Made by a program: the position numbers and the translations under genes | Notes under the pieces: generated by a model | The model's database searches: none | The model's input: only the letters and a program-made list of their open reading frames with translations | What the model was told of the DNA's origin: nothing | DNA from: Eledone cirrhosa | Lineage: Eukaryota | DNA length: 64,000 nucleotides | Reading direction: 5' to 3' | Assembly: GCA_964016885.1 (NCBI GenBank) | Contig: OZ024756.1 | Coordinates: 27,962,001 to 28,026,000, forward strand | Shown here: positions 1 through 11,664 of the stretch, in pieces | Layout of the letters: the number at the start of each line of letters is the position of its first letter | Numbering within the stretch: the first letter of the stretch is position 1

Positions 1-10
1 GTTTATGTAT

Positions 11-78
<68 letters not shown>

Positions 79-257
79 GTGTATATGTATGAATATATAT
101 GTATATATATATATGTATATGTGTGTTTGCGTGTGTGTTTATATACCTTTATATTTATTATTCTTTTTCTCCTTTTCTTATTCTTCCTCCAGCTTCACTT
201 TCATATTTATTATATTTTTGTTTTGCAAATCCACTTTCAATAAACACACCATGATTT

Positions 258-317
258 TTTCATTCTCATGAATGACAGCATATTTGTTTGCTTTCAAGAA
301 ACCACTGGTAAATGAAA
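258..317 (+). ncRNA. Degenerate type I hammerhead ribozyme (family B), core mutated to CUCAUGA
   Basis: TTTCATT-CTCATGA-stem II-GAAA-CCACTGG-TA-AATGAAA. Homologous to the intact copy at 57667-57726 (-). The G5C change probably inactivates it. Confidence 0.6.
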
Positions 318-360
318 TAATTAGCTTATGTTGCTTATTACATAACTATATATATATATA

Positions 361-429
<69 letters not shown>

Positions 430-514
430 AATAAATTATACAATTATCAAAGTTGTGTTCAAATCATTTAATAGCTGACAATCGTTTCTTCCAAACTCTC
501 ATAACTATAAATAG

Positions 515-550
<36 letters not shown>

Positions 551-592
551 CGATATATTAACAAATGTAAACTATATTTATAAAACCATATT

Positions 593-657
593 TATTTCAT
601 TATACATATTTCAAGGACACCAAGTCAAATTATGGTGCGCTTTCATCAGACAAAATA
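593..657 (-). ncRNA. Type I hammerhead ribozyme (family A) in the 3' pLTR
   Basis: Reverse complement: UAUUUUGU-CUGAUGA-AAG.CG.CACCA[loop]UGGUG.UC.CUU-GAAA-UAUGUA-UA|AUGAAAUA. Stems I, II and a minimal stem III all close. Confidence 0.8.
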
Positions 658-1226
658 TAATATAGATCAGTTTTATAAATAAATATTGACATACCCTTAA
701 AAAATGTGACCATTTCTGTTGGAAGCTCCCGGATAGTGGGGTTACTAAATTTATTATGCAAATTAGTGTCGGATATGTTTAAATCACAGTAGATTTAAAA
801 TAGGCCGTTGGAGTATGGAAAAAGAAAAAAGGAAAAAAGGAAGAGAAAGAAAAAGAGAAAAAGAAAGAGCGAACTCTAAGAAGGAAAACAAAAGAAAGTG
901 AAAGAGAAAAAGACAAAAAAGACAGACAGAGAAAAATAAAGAGAAAGAGAAAGAGAAAGCTCTAAGTGATAGTTTGTTGTATTAACGTAAATTTTAAAAT
1001 GAAGCGAAAAAATAAATATTTATTGGACGAGTTAGGCAGAGTAAATAAGCGTGAATAGAAAATAAATAAATAATAATAACCGGAGAATTTTATCTAATGT
1101 TTAAATTCGACTAAATGTTTAGTTTATCAATTAAATTATCAATTAAATTATTGAGATCTTTACATTAAAAATTGAGATCTATATATTATTAAAAAGAATA
1201 TATTCATATATATATACACATACACA

Positions 1227-1260
<34 letters not shown>

Positions 1261-1994
1261 TATACAATAAAAGATTTTTTTTGATTTTTTTATGTTTATG
1301 ATATAGGAATTTTTCTAAACTTATGGAAATTCATAGATTTTTCGGAGAAAAATCGGAGAAAATTCGTTTCTATGTAATAGCAATACAGCATGAAGGAAAT
1401 TAAGTTATTTACTTATATTAAATGTTATAAAAAAGTTAAGATGATAAAAGAAAGTTAATATTATAAAAAACCTTATATTATTTTATAGTAAGTTATAATT
1501 TTATAAATTTTATATATCTCATAAATCCACCTGTTATATAGTTGTGACTGTTATAATATAAGTTTGTTTAAGAAACCTTATATAACAGAGTGTATTCGAA
1601 TTGTATATATACATACATAGAGATATAGACACATTCACCCATAATATATATATATACAGAGATAGACAAACCACATATATATACACACATACATTTATAT
1701 ATACATACATCATATATATATACATAGTTAAATATAAGGTACATAATATAAAATAAAATAAAAAATAAATAAAAATGAGTTATAATTTTAAAGGATTATA
1801 ATTTTAAGAGGAATTACAATTTGGAAATATATTCATATAATTTTAAGCAATATAACTTTAAAACAATATAATTTAAAAAAAATATTTTAAGATATAATTT
1901 TTAAAAATATATATAAAATTCAGTATAAAAATGAATTTTAATTTTTATATAATATTTAACTCTCAGTATGCTTACCTCAAATTTTTATAACCAT

Positions 1995-2105
1995 ACGAGA
2001 AATTTTCAAAAAAAGAGAAATTTTCAGAAAAATAGAAATTTTCAAAAAAATATGAGAAACTTTCAAAAAAATATGAGAAACTTTCAAAAAAATATTTTCC
2101 AAAAA
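1995..2105. repeat. 18-21 bp minisatellite (GAAATTTTCAAAAAAATATGA-like) in the PLE 3' region
   Basis: About 5-6 imperfect units, which produce the RNFQKNM pseudo-ORF. Confidence 0.7.
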
Positions 2106-2259
2106 TCTCTTTCATTCAAAAGCTTTCAGTATGTTTATCTTGAAAAATTTCAAGGAAAAAATTTTTAAGGAGAGTTTTAAGCAGTCAAATGAAGGAATCT
2201 AATGATTTATCGATGGGTTCAATAGATTTAATAGAATGAGTTATATATTACATTTTAAA

Positions 2260-4430
2260 TTTATATTTAAACGTTGAGTTCAATCTATGTCTGCAGCAAC
2301 TGAAAAGATTGTTTCTTACGTTCACGGAATTTTTGCTTTTTAATATAAAGAATATTTCCTCTATACAAAGATGACAATTTTCGGAAGAGGAGTTAAATGG
2401 AGGCGCTTTTGAAATAATATTCCAAAGTAAAGAATATTTAATGTTCTTTGATTTAAGGTCCCATAATAAACTAGATAGAGAAGTTGAAGATTTTTTGTTT
2501 AAATTCGTAAAAGAGCATTTATGGTTATTAAAACGAGATTTAAAGTCTGTGGAAGTAGATCCTACATAATTAAATGAATTTAAATTAGTTTTTACATTAC
2601 AATTATATACTATATATTTTAGCTAAACAATTGTTATTTAACGGACAGTTAGATTTATTTCTACAGTTACATTTATCGAAATTCAAGTTACTAGAAGCTG
2701 TATTATTGAATTGGATATTGCTGGGGTTGTTAGTGGTATTTTGGTTAGGTTTTAAGTTTCTATTATTAATTCTATTAATATTCTGCGCTAAATTATTGGT
2801 GGTTGAATAAGTTAATTTTATAGTATGTCTATTAAATATTGAGTAATATCTATGTGTTCTAGGGAAGCATTTGTCAAGAGCTTTAAAGAATAGTTTAGCA
2901 ATAGGAGTTTTAATATTTAATGAGAAAGGAGGAGCAAACCATAATATATTCCTAGTTCTATTTCTTTTTTTGTTTTCCGAATTATTGTAATGTTTTCTAT
3001 TATAGTTGTTAAAATTGTTAAGATTATGGTTAGTTGTTATATTATTATTCTTATCAATGTATTTAATTTTATTTCTATATCCAACTCTACCTAACGCTTC
3101 GTTTTAATAATGTGCTTTATCATCAAATATATTCCTATTAGCTGAAATTCTAGAAATGCGTTGTTGTACGGAATTCACTATAGTATTTTTAACGGATCTG
3201 GGGTGATTAGAGTTAAAACGTAGTTTAAGTTCTCGTTTAATTTGTGAAATGGATAATGAAGACATGTGTTAAGGTTTAAGGTTACATCTAGAAAATTAAC
3301 TATTTTATGGTTATTCTCTATTTCTACTTTTAGATTAAGGTAATTAAAAAATTGTATAATTTCTTTTCTTTTCTTATTTAATTCACAGTTATTATTTTCG
3401 ATAAGTAATAGCATATCGTCACGATACAAACCTCCGGCCATCTCCGGTATTTTTCTATGTAGAGAATTATTTATAAAAAGCCCCACAATATCCGTTACCT
3501 GAGCGGAATCGGTTGACCCCATAATGATATCGAAATTATTATTTCTATCTGCTCTAGTCCAAAGTTGGTTGTTAAATTCAATTAATGTTTTCCGTGCCGT
3601 TAAGTCTGTATGTTGAAATGCATATGTTAGTGCTTTATTAAGTAGATTAGGAGTGATGGATGAGTAATAATTAGCAATATCCAATTGAATAAACTTATTA
3701 TTATAGTTATATTAATTTCTTTAAACCATTCGATAACTTCATTAGTTCCTTTCCATAATTTTAAATAAGATAATTCCTTAATTTGTAGTATTATTCTGTT
3801 TAAAATATTCTTGCTAAGTATGCCAAGGTCCGATTTAGATGGTGCAATCAATTTCAAAGTTCCTTTTGTGGTCCTTCATATTAATTTTTGGTTTCCTTGG
3901 CATGAAGGGTTGTGTCCTATTTTCAATGTCTAATTCATGCATTATATAAGAGGCATCTGTATTCAATTTTTCAAGGTCGTCATTAGTTGTTATTTTGTAT
4001 TTCTTCCTTAATTCCTTTAATATAAGATCGTTATAGATGTCCTTTTGTATTCCGTAAAGATTATTGGTTTTATCTGACTTGACTAGAATTTTTTCCGTTT
4101 TCTCAAGTTTTCAATATTATTTTTGATATTTCTTAGGTAATCCGAGCCTATAAAGTTTTTTTTTTTTTTTCATTTAATGCTTTGGATGATAGATATGATT
4201 TCGTTTTCAAAATCCATTAGTAGTTTGTTGGAAGGTGGTTTTTTTTTAGATTTGAAGATTTTATCAAGATTGGAAACATTCTCTTTTACATCAGATTTAT
4301 CGAAGTGGAAAGCACGCCACCTGATTCTTCTTATAAAAGAGTCTGATTTTTCTATTAATTGTTTAATAAAGTCTTTATTCCTAGGTATAGGTATGTCTTT
4401 TAGAGAAGAAGAGATCTTAAAAAATTTCAT
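2260..4430 (-). pseudogene. Frameshifted Penelope pol ORF (RT + GIY-YIG endonuclease)
   Basis: ORF-track fragments 4170-4430, 3627-3857 and 3178-3684 in different frames, plus GIY-YIG motifs read by hand at 2280-2680. The 3' end is approximate. Confidence 0.85.
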
Positions 4431-4613
4431 TATTTTTCAGTTATAATATAAAGCGCTCGACAGAAAAGGAGCAGAATATATGTAGAAGTTATATTTAATT
4501 TGTTGGGATACAGCAAGCAAATATTTTTATAACTGATATAAAGCACTCAACAAATTATTGGAGTAAAAATACGATATATTAACAAATGGAAACTATATTT
4601 ATAAAACCATATT

Positions 4614-4678
4614 TATTTCATTATACATATTTCAAGGACACCAAGTCAAATTATGGTGCGCTTTCATCAGACAAAATA
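4614..4678 (-). ncRNA. Type I hammerhead ribozyme (family A) in the 5' pLTR
   Basis: Same sequence as 593-657, located ~190 nt upstream of the pol ATG. Confidence 0.8.
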
Positions 4679-4782
4679 TAATATAGATCAGTTTTATAAA
4701 TAAATATTGACATACCCTTAAAAAATGCGACCATTTCTGTTGGAAGCTCCCGGATAGTGGGGTTACTAAATTTATTGTCAAA

Positions 4783-5299
4783 CCACATCCAGGCAATGCG
4801 ACCCCACATTACTAACACAAGAGAAGTAACACCACAAGAACATGAGGATAGGGAAAAAGCCCTCAATGCCCATATAATGATGTGGACTAATATAATGCAG
4901 CCCAACAAAAGGACTGCCAACAACTTCCAGGCCTGGAACAATGACGTGCCAGCGTTGTATGGGCTTCGAAAAGACCATAAAACGAGCAGTGACCCAGTCA
5001 CAGGACCACCAACACGGCCAGTCTGTGGAGCTAACATTGCTAGTAACTACAGACTTTCCTACTTCCTCTCCCTGATCATACGCCCCATCATTGAAATGTC
5101 CCCAGATATATGTGACAGCACGGAGGACCTCCTCAGCAGAATCGGCGAGAGTAACCGATCTAGGGACCTAACAAACTACATAATAGGTAGTATGGATGTT
5201 GTGTCTCTGTATCCATCTATTGACGTGGATTTTGCTGTGGAGAAATGCGTAGAAATGATCAGTGAGAGCAATGTTGAATTCCATGGGATTGATACCTGA
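4783..5299 (+). mobile_element. RT fragment of a different Penelope-like lineage
   Basis: LYGLRKDHK...PTRPVCGA...IGSMDVVSLYPSID are PLE RT motifs. Higher GC than its neighbours, and it abuts the 5' pLTR of the Naiad-type element. Confidence 0.75.
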
Positions 5300-5389
5300 A
5301 GATACCTATAAATACCATATTTATTTTTTGATACCCAGATTCCTGATGATTTCTAAAGAATGAGACAGTTCTAGTCCTGTACAATCTCA

Positions 5390-5503
<114 letters not shown>

Positions 5504-5618
5504 TATATATATAACAAATGTAATCTGAGTTTTTCGAATGACATGGCTAATATGCAAATCAGGCCAATCAGCCATTATATATTTTAGAAAATATCATATA
5601 TTTTCACTAGCTCTGACA

Positions 5619-5700
5619 GTTGGCAGGTGAACAGTGAACCTCACTGATGAAGGGTAATACCCAGAAACATTAGTGTCTGCGGTTCTGTTTACATGCCAAC
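5619..5700 (+). ncRNA. Type I hammerhead ribozyme with long bulged stem I (family C)
   Basis: GUUGGCA.GUGAACAG.GAACC.CA pairs with UG.GGUUC.UGUUUAC.UGCCAAC. CUGAUGA at 5644-5650, stem II GGG-UAAUA-CCC, GAAA at 5664-5667, stem III ACA-UUAG-UGU, GUC site 5675-5677. Confidence 0.85.
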
Positions 5701-5858
5701 ACAAAAGCAAGAATGAGGGGCTCATTCTACTGACATGGCTTTTAAAAAGAGGCTACAGACGAATCGAATATTATTATTAATATTCGAAAAACTCAGATTA
5801 CATTTGTTGTATTCAGCCATGTAGAGCGATATTTTTTTTTTTTTTTGTTCTATTATTA

Positions 5859-6837
5859 CGTATATACATAAATGGCAATTTCTGTCTGTGTGTGTGTGTG
5901 TTTGTGTGTTTGTTTGTGAACCTAAAACTCAAAAACTACCAAACAGATCTTGATGAAACTTGACACGTGTGTGGGGGCTCATGCCCATTTGATTTCTTAC
6001 GTATATTTCATTTTAATCAAAGGGTTCCACAGGGGCTCAAACCCCGCTGAAAATATTTTCCCTTCGATTTATATGAAATTTAAACCATAGGTAGATGAAA
6101 AGAGATGATGCCTATTTACAAAATTTCAGCAAATTTCAATAATATTAAGACACCCTAATGGGGGTTAAATCCCCTATAGTGAACATTTTGGCTAATAAAT
6201 GGAACAAGATTTCACGAACTCCCCCTATGGTTTTGGAGATAGACCCCCATAACCATATATATTCTGAAACTACATTGCCCAGGCTACTTGGATAAGTATA
6301 TTTCATTTTAATCAAGAGGTTCCCCGGTGGCACAAATCCCCACAAAAAACCCCCGCTGAAAATGTTTTCCCTTCGATTTATATGAAATTTAAACCATAGG
6401 TAAATGACAAGATATGATGTCTATTCACAAAACCTCAGCAAATTTCAATAATATTAAGACACTCTAATGAGGGTTAAACCCCCTATTATGGTTCCCCGGG
6501 GAGACAAACCCCCGCTGAAATTTTTTGCCTTCGATTTATATGAAATTTAAACCATAGGTAAATGACAAGATATGATGCCTATTCACAAAAATTTTGAATC
6601 GATATTTTTTAAATAATTATTTACAAGAAACAAAATAAGAATACAATTTAATAATGTAATTTTGATTTGATATATTACAAAAAAATAATGTTTTCCAATT
6701 TTTCATGCATTACATTTTACATTGGGTAATATTGAAATGCAGAGTTTTTCACCATAAATTATATCACTGATGTAAAATCAATTTCTTACAAAAAAAAAAA
6801 TGTGTGAAACGCAGCAAGGCGCGGGTAATTCGGCTAG
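5859..6837 (+). mobile_element. Non-autonomous Helitron (Lep1-like) with internal subrepeats
   Basis: 5' (GTCT/GTTT)n tract followed by AACTACCAAACAGATCTTGATGAAACTTG. 3' GC-rich hairpin-like segment then CTAG|T at 6834-6838. Three internal copies of an ~85-bp unit at about 6040, 6350 and 6508. The 5' end is degenerate. Confidence 0.7.
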
Positions 6838-6853
6838 TTATATATATATATCT

Positions 6854-6900
<47 letters not shown>

Positions 6901-7531
6901 GTGACATATGGTAACCACTTTGGCTAAATTTTTTGGGAAATGGTAATTTCGCGCAGGATGAACTCTCACAATGGTGTCGATTCTCTGGACAGGAGTTGAG
7001 TCAAACAACAGCTACTTAATCTCTATGTAGCCATGTAGCCATTCAGATAATAATTATAACAGCATATATCTATCTATCTATCTATCTATCTGTCTATCTA
7101 TCTATCTATCTATCTATGTGTCTGTCTATTTAGTGGAATACAATAGTATATATATTTTCTGGAATATACAAATACTTCACGGACTGAATATATACACTGT
7201 TTCCCCATTAATAACAACTAGATTGAAGGAACGTATCTTATAATTTTCTGTGAATAACGTTTAAATATATTTTGGAATACTTGTCTTAACCTATTACATA
7301 ATACATCCAATCAAAAATCTTATCCTTACTCAGAACACGCCCATATCTGTAGATAAATCAATCTTATTGGTTTATCAATTTACCAGTAGATCATAATATT
7401 GGGTCGTATTCAACTGTATATATTTAAAAGTTTTCGCACACTAAGTCATTTCTAAGTCTCCAGTTTACGTTACATAGTCCTATCGTTACTTTGTTACCAA
7501 ACCTCACATATTATCGACAACCACTACAACA

Positions 7532-7675
7532 ATGGATTTTCTACAATTGTCTAGAAATATTTCACAACGTTTTACTATTTCCTCTCTCATAGCTTTCGGA
7601 ATATTTCTCGTTCTCGCCATAACAATTTTCCATCAAGATTCAAGAATAAGAAAAATGGAGCAGAAAACCGAGGAG
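7532..7675 (+). CDS. Orphan first coding exon (signal anchor) of the short-chain-collagen-C4-like gene family
   Basis: [48 protein letters not shown]|gtatgt. Near identical to exon 1 at 30790, 40842 and 52404, with upstream flank 7155-7740 also homologous. No exons 2-4 are seen before the gap. Confidence 0.65.
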
Positions 7676-7780
7676 GTATGTATATAAATTTTTGTAAACG
7701 TGTGTCTTCTTTCTATTGCTTTATACACTTGGTGTTTCGTATTTATACACACACGCACGCGCGCACACGCACGCCCACAC

Positions 7781-7822
<42 letters not shown>

Positions 7823-7824
7823 TG

Positions 7825-8225
7825 AGAAAGGGATAGATATGTTTCTTTATTAGCCACAGGGGCACACAAGAAGGGGACAAATACAAAGGGGGACGTTTAC
7901 ATACAATAAAAACGTGTAAAATACTATCACAAATGCAATTTAAAAATTAATCGATTTTCCCCAATAGGGGGAGACATTTCATATGGGTAACACATACCCC
8001 CGAAAAAAATGTGCAACCCTCATCTCCAGGAGTACGAAGAGTTTGTACCCCTTTCCTCTCTTCCTCTTTTTCCTCAACCTACAGGCTGATATAGAGAGAA
8101 GGCCCATTCACTCGGGCCATTCTCGCCACTTTCACCCACCTTTCATAAAACTTGCTGGGGTACAGCACCTCTCTCTCCATCCTGATTCTTCTTCCAAAGT
8201 GGTATTTGAAAAAAAGAATCAGAAA
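7825..8225 (-). mobile_element. 3' end fragment of an L1/Tx1-like LINE
   Basis: Minus-strand peptide FFKYHFGRRIRMEREVLYPSKFYERWVKV resembles a Tx1/L1 ORF2 C-terminus. It is followed by a 3' UTR with AATAAA near 7840. Confidence 0.45.
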
Positions 8226-8356
8226 GGGATAGATAGATGGATAAATGTAAACATACATAGAAAAGTATGTAAAGATATATTGACTGTGCATATATGTATT
8301 TTGTGGGCATATAAGTATTTAATGTGCTATAATCCGCTTACTCATTTTAAAGAACA

Positions 8357-9728
8357 CTAGCAGAATGGCCCAGCGTTGCTCGGGATTTGCTCTAGGGTTC
8401 TTATATATTTGATATGTATTTATCCTTATCGAGCCTCGTGAAATAAATACGCTTGTTTATATTTTATTATTGTGTATGCAAAAATATCTGTACACGAATA
8501 TATAATTATATATATATAACAGTACAGAGAAGTACGGAATCCCTCGGCCTCGGGATGGTCTCTACATTTTGTGCTTATAAAAGAATTCGTCGTAGATTAC
8601 CAAGGTTTTTTTCAGTGCGAAGAAAATCAATACTTTATCACGAAATAAATACTTTTGTTTATATTTTGTTATTGTGTATGCAAAAAATATCTGTACACGA
8701 ATATATAATTATATATATATATATTAAAATAACAGATTATAGCTTAAACAAAGAATCGCTGCTTTCACCCTTTACGGGATCTTCTGAAACTAAAAAAATC
8801 AATCTGTGAACGCAGAAGTAAATATTTCGAAAAACGTTACACACTATATATATATATACACACTATATATACATACACACACACACACAGACACACCCCG
8901 TCATAATGACGTAATGCAGACAGCCAGGCATACAGACAGACATTATAAGGGCGCTACGTTATATCTATGTATCTATCTAAAAAGAGAAAGACTAAGAATT
9001 ATAGAGAGAGATCGCTAAATCGCCTAATGCGGTCGCTAGGGCATTGAAAATTTTAAATTGTTTTTGCTCAAAACACTGATGGGACCATAAGTATTACATG
9101 TGTAAAGTTTGAAAAAACTCGGTTGGGTGGTTCTCGAATTTTAGTGATTGGACAGACAGACAGACAAACAGACATTCTCTGGTTTAGTAATATAAATATT
9201 TCAAAGGTACCAGTATTTTGGCACGCTTTCGTCAGATGAAATACAATATTTGGTTGAAAGATAATGACATATCCGCATATAAACTTAATGTTATGAGTTC
9301 ACTGCGGATAGTGAATAAATATTCAAAACTCAGGATAAATATGCTAATGAGGATAACGTAAAAACGGAAAAGGATCGTTAAGTTTAGACGCTAGATATAT
9401 TTTAAATAATTATCTAAATTGTTTTTAAAAAAGAGGTTTGCTATTAAAATTAAGGAAAATTTATTTAAAGTTACTTTCGGAATATTTATAGAAATATGCT
9501 TATATACATCCAAACATATTTACATGGGTATAGAAAGAATGAAATAATTATATTTATTTTTATTTATTTAATTTTATAATGTGGAAGTATTTATAATATT
9601 AAGGTGAGAGCTCAAAACACTCACGGGACCATAAGTATTGCATGTGTAAAGTTTGAAAACAATCGGTTGGGTGGTTCTCGAGTTTTAGTGATCGGACAGA
9701 CAGACATTCTCTGTTTTAGATATATAGA
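8357..9728 (-). mobile_element. Composite non-autonomous Helitron with two 5' ends and captured Penelope pLTR DNA
   Basis: A|TC start at 9728; hairpin CCCGAGCAACGCTGGG plus CTAG|T at 8357. 9610-9728 is a 5' end module, 9197-9612 matches PLE sequence 15007-15422, and 8357-9196 matches Helitron 15423-17197. Confidence 0.8.
8741..8791 (-). ncRNA. Variant hammerhead fold (family D, CAGAAGA core) inside the Helitron
   Basis: Reverse complement: AGUUU-CAGAAGA-U.CCC-GUAAA-GGG.U-GAAA-GCA-9nt loop-UGU-UU|AAGCU. Homologues at 15874-15924 (+) and ~24739-24788, 34773-34823, 46372-46422 (-). Confidence 0.6.
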
Positions 9729-9936
9729 TTATGGTTTGCCTGAAAGCGAGTAGCATTTCTTTCCAGAGACTATGTTGAAAAATAAACCCTATTTGATCAT
9801 TCCACGAGAGTATCTTGGTTAGCCTATCTATGACATTTTCAGTTCATGAACTTTTCAGCTGACTCTTGTACCTTAAAATCTGGTTTAACAAAAAAATTAA
9901 GTCTCATATTAATTTGTCCATTATATATATTCCTAG

Positions 9937-10095
9937 ACGGCGAATTGGCAGAGTCGTTAGAAAAACAGATAGAATGCTTTATGGTATTCGTTCCAGCTGT
10001 CTGCTTTCTCAGTTCAAATCCCGCCGAGGTCAACTTTGCCTTTCATCCTTTCGAGGTCGATAAAAAAAGTACCAGTTTAGTATTAGGGTCGATTC
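9937..10095 (+). mobile_element. tRNA-derived SINE with Deu/Nin-like core
   Basis: A box TGGCAGAGTCG, B box GTTCAAATCC, core CTTTGCCTTTCATCCTTTCGAGGTCGATAAA...GTACCAG. Confidence 0.8.
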
Positions 10096-10288
10096 TTCCT
10101 CTATATTTCTTTCTCATTTCCTCTCTCTCACTTTCTGTCTTTCTCTGGAAGAAATCTGCTGTACTCGGGCCTGGAGAGGGATGGGCTCCCCCAGGCTTAA
10201 AATGCCCAGGAAACGCCGTATGTCACTACGGCGTTCCTACGACTGAATCAGGAGTTACGGGACCATACCACATATACACAGTAATAAT

Positions 10289-10473
10289 TGTTTCTACGTT
10301 AGGCACAAGGCCAGCAATTACCCAGTGCATTACTGGTACTTTATTTTATCGACCCCGTAAGGATGAAAGGCAAAGTTAACCTTGGCGGGATTTGAACTCA
10401 GAATGGCAAGGGCCGTAACTCTATACGTCAAAGCATGGCGTCCGACCCTCTACCAATACTGCCAACCCACCGC
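10289..10473 (-). mobile_element. Full-length tRNA-derived SINE with 18-bp target site duplication
   Basis: TSD CATATACACAGTAATAAT at 10271-10288 and 10474-10491. A and B boxes and the Nin-like core are on the minus strand. Confidence 0.9.
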
Positions 10474-10760
10474 CATATACACAGTAATAATATAAGGTGA
10501 TTTTATTCCTTGTTAGGAATGATCATATCTAAAGTCTGTTTTGTACCCAACATGTACACATATGGATTTTTTTCTGGCATTGTCAATGTATTTATTTTAA
10601 CGATCGGAATATCTCTTTTCTTTAGAGCCGTAACTCCAGGTGAAGTCGTCGGGGAGTGCTGTAGCGATATAAGGTGTTTCTTGGACAAATCAAGTATACT
10701 GTCTACCTTCGTTGTAAGCTTTTGGTATAACGATCGAACAAGGTAAATAGATATATATAA

Positions 10761-10869
10761 AATGAGTTACATGCTTTGTTAATGAATATTCAACAGAGTT
10801 AAGTTTATGAAGCACTCTGTTATAAACTTAACTCTGTTGAATATTCATCAACAAAGCATATAACTCATT

Positions 10870-10870
<1 letters not shown>
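10761..10870. repeat. ~50-bp-arm foldback of a PLE pLTR end
   Basis: AATGAGTTACATGCTTTGTT...AAGTTTATGA inverted against TTATAAACTT...CATATAACTCATT. The arm recurs at 11509-11560. Confidence 0.75.
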
Positions 10871-10959
<89 letters not shown>

Positions 10960-10964
<5 letters not shown>

Positions 10965-11236
10965 GAAGTTCTATTTAAATTGTTGGGATACAACAGGCAA
11001 ATATTTTTATAACTGATATAAAGCACTCAACAAATTTTTGGAGTAAAAATACGATATATTAACAAATGGAAACTATATTTATAAAACCATATTTATTTCA
11101 TTATACATATTTCAAGCACACCAAGTTAAATTATGGTGTGCTTTCATCAGATAAAATATAATATAGAGCAGTTTTATAAATAAATATTGACATACCCTTA
11201 AAGAATGCGACCATTTCTGTTGGAATTCCCGGATAG
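10960..11236 (-). mobile_element. Solo Penelope pLTR within (TA)n
   Basis: Near-identical to 4480-4756 and flanked by TA tracts on both sides. Confidence 0.85.
11094..11158 (-). ncRNA. Type I hammerhead ribozyme (family A), best-paired copy
   Basis: Perfect 10-bp stem II AAGCACACCA/UGGUGUGCUU, stem I UAUUUUAU/AUGAAAUA, CUGAUGA and GAAA intact. Confidence 0.85.
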
Positions 11237-11240
11237 CTTC

Positions 11241-11282
<42 letters not shown>

Positions 11283-11358
11283 CGAAGGAAATATGGTAAG
11301 GAACCAGGTGGACCATAACGCACCAAAGTATTCAATACTTGGGGTAGTAGAGTGGGTA

Positions 11359-11469
11359 ATAGGAACCACTAAGACCTCGACGGCTGAGCTCAAGCCGTTT
11401 CGACGGCTAATTCTGGGCGGAATTAGCCGTCGAAACGGCTTGAGCTCAGCCGTCGGGGTCTTACTGGTT

Positions 11470-11474
<5 letters not shown>
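11359..11474. repeat. GC-rich near-perfect palindrome (~55-bp arms, short loop)
   Basis: ATAGGAACC...CGACGGCTAATTC-TGGGCG-GAATTAGCCGTCG...GGTTCCTAT. Confidence 0.9.
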
Positions 11475-11508
<34 letters not shown>

Positions 11509-11664
11509 AATGAGTTATATGCTTTGTTGATGAATATTCAATAGTGTTAAGTTTATAACAGATATGAAGCATTCTACAGTAAATTTTATCTGGAGTATTA
11601 TGATATTAATAAATGGTAAATATCTTTATAACAACATATGTCAATATCTTAACACCAAATATTG

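Larger units (their letters stand above)
549..4772 (-). mobile_element. Near full-length Penelope-like retroelement (Naiad-type, RT + C-terminal GIY-YIG), decayed, with direct pseudo-LTRs
   Basis: Direct repeat 549-752 = 4569-4772. ORF pieces from ATG 4430 (SLKDIPIP...FIRRIRWRAFHF), RT motifs DIANYYSSI, MGSTDSAQVTD, GLYRDD and FLDVTLNL, Cys motif KCNCRNKSNCP, and CHLC and CCRH near 2290-2380. The 3' end runs into (TA)n. Confidence 0.9.

Noticed and set aside
2280-2680. Selenoprotein-type Naiad (in-frame UGA at GIY-YIG cysteines)
   Set aside because: The cysteine positions I read are TGT/TGC. The copy at ~13812 has TGG at one Cys position but no UGA, and no SECIS was recognised.
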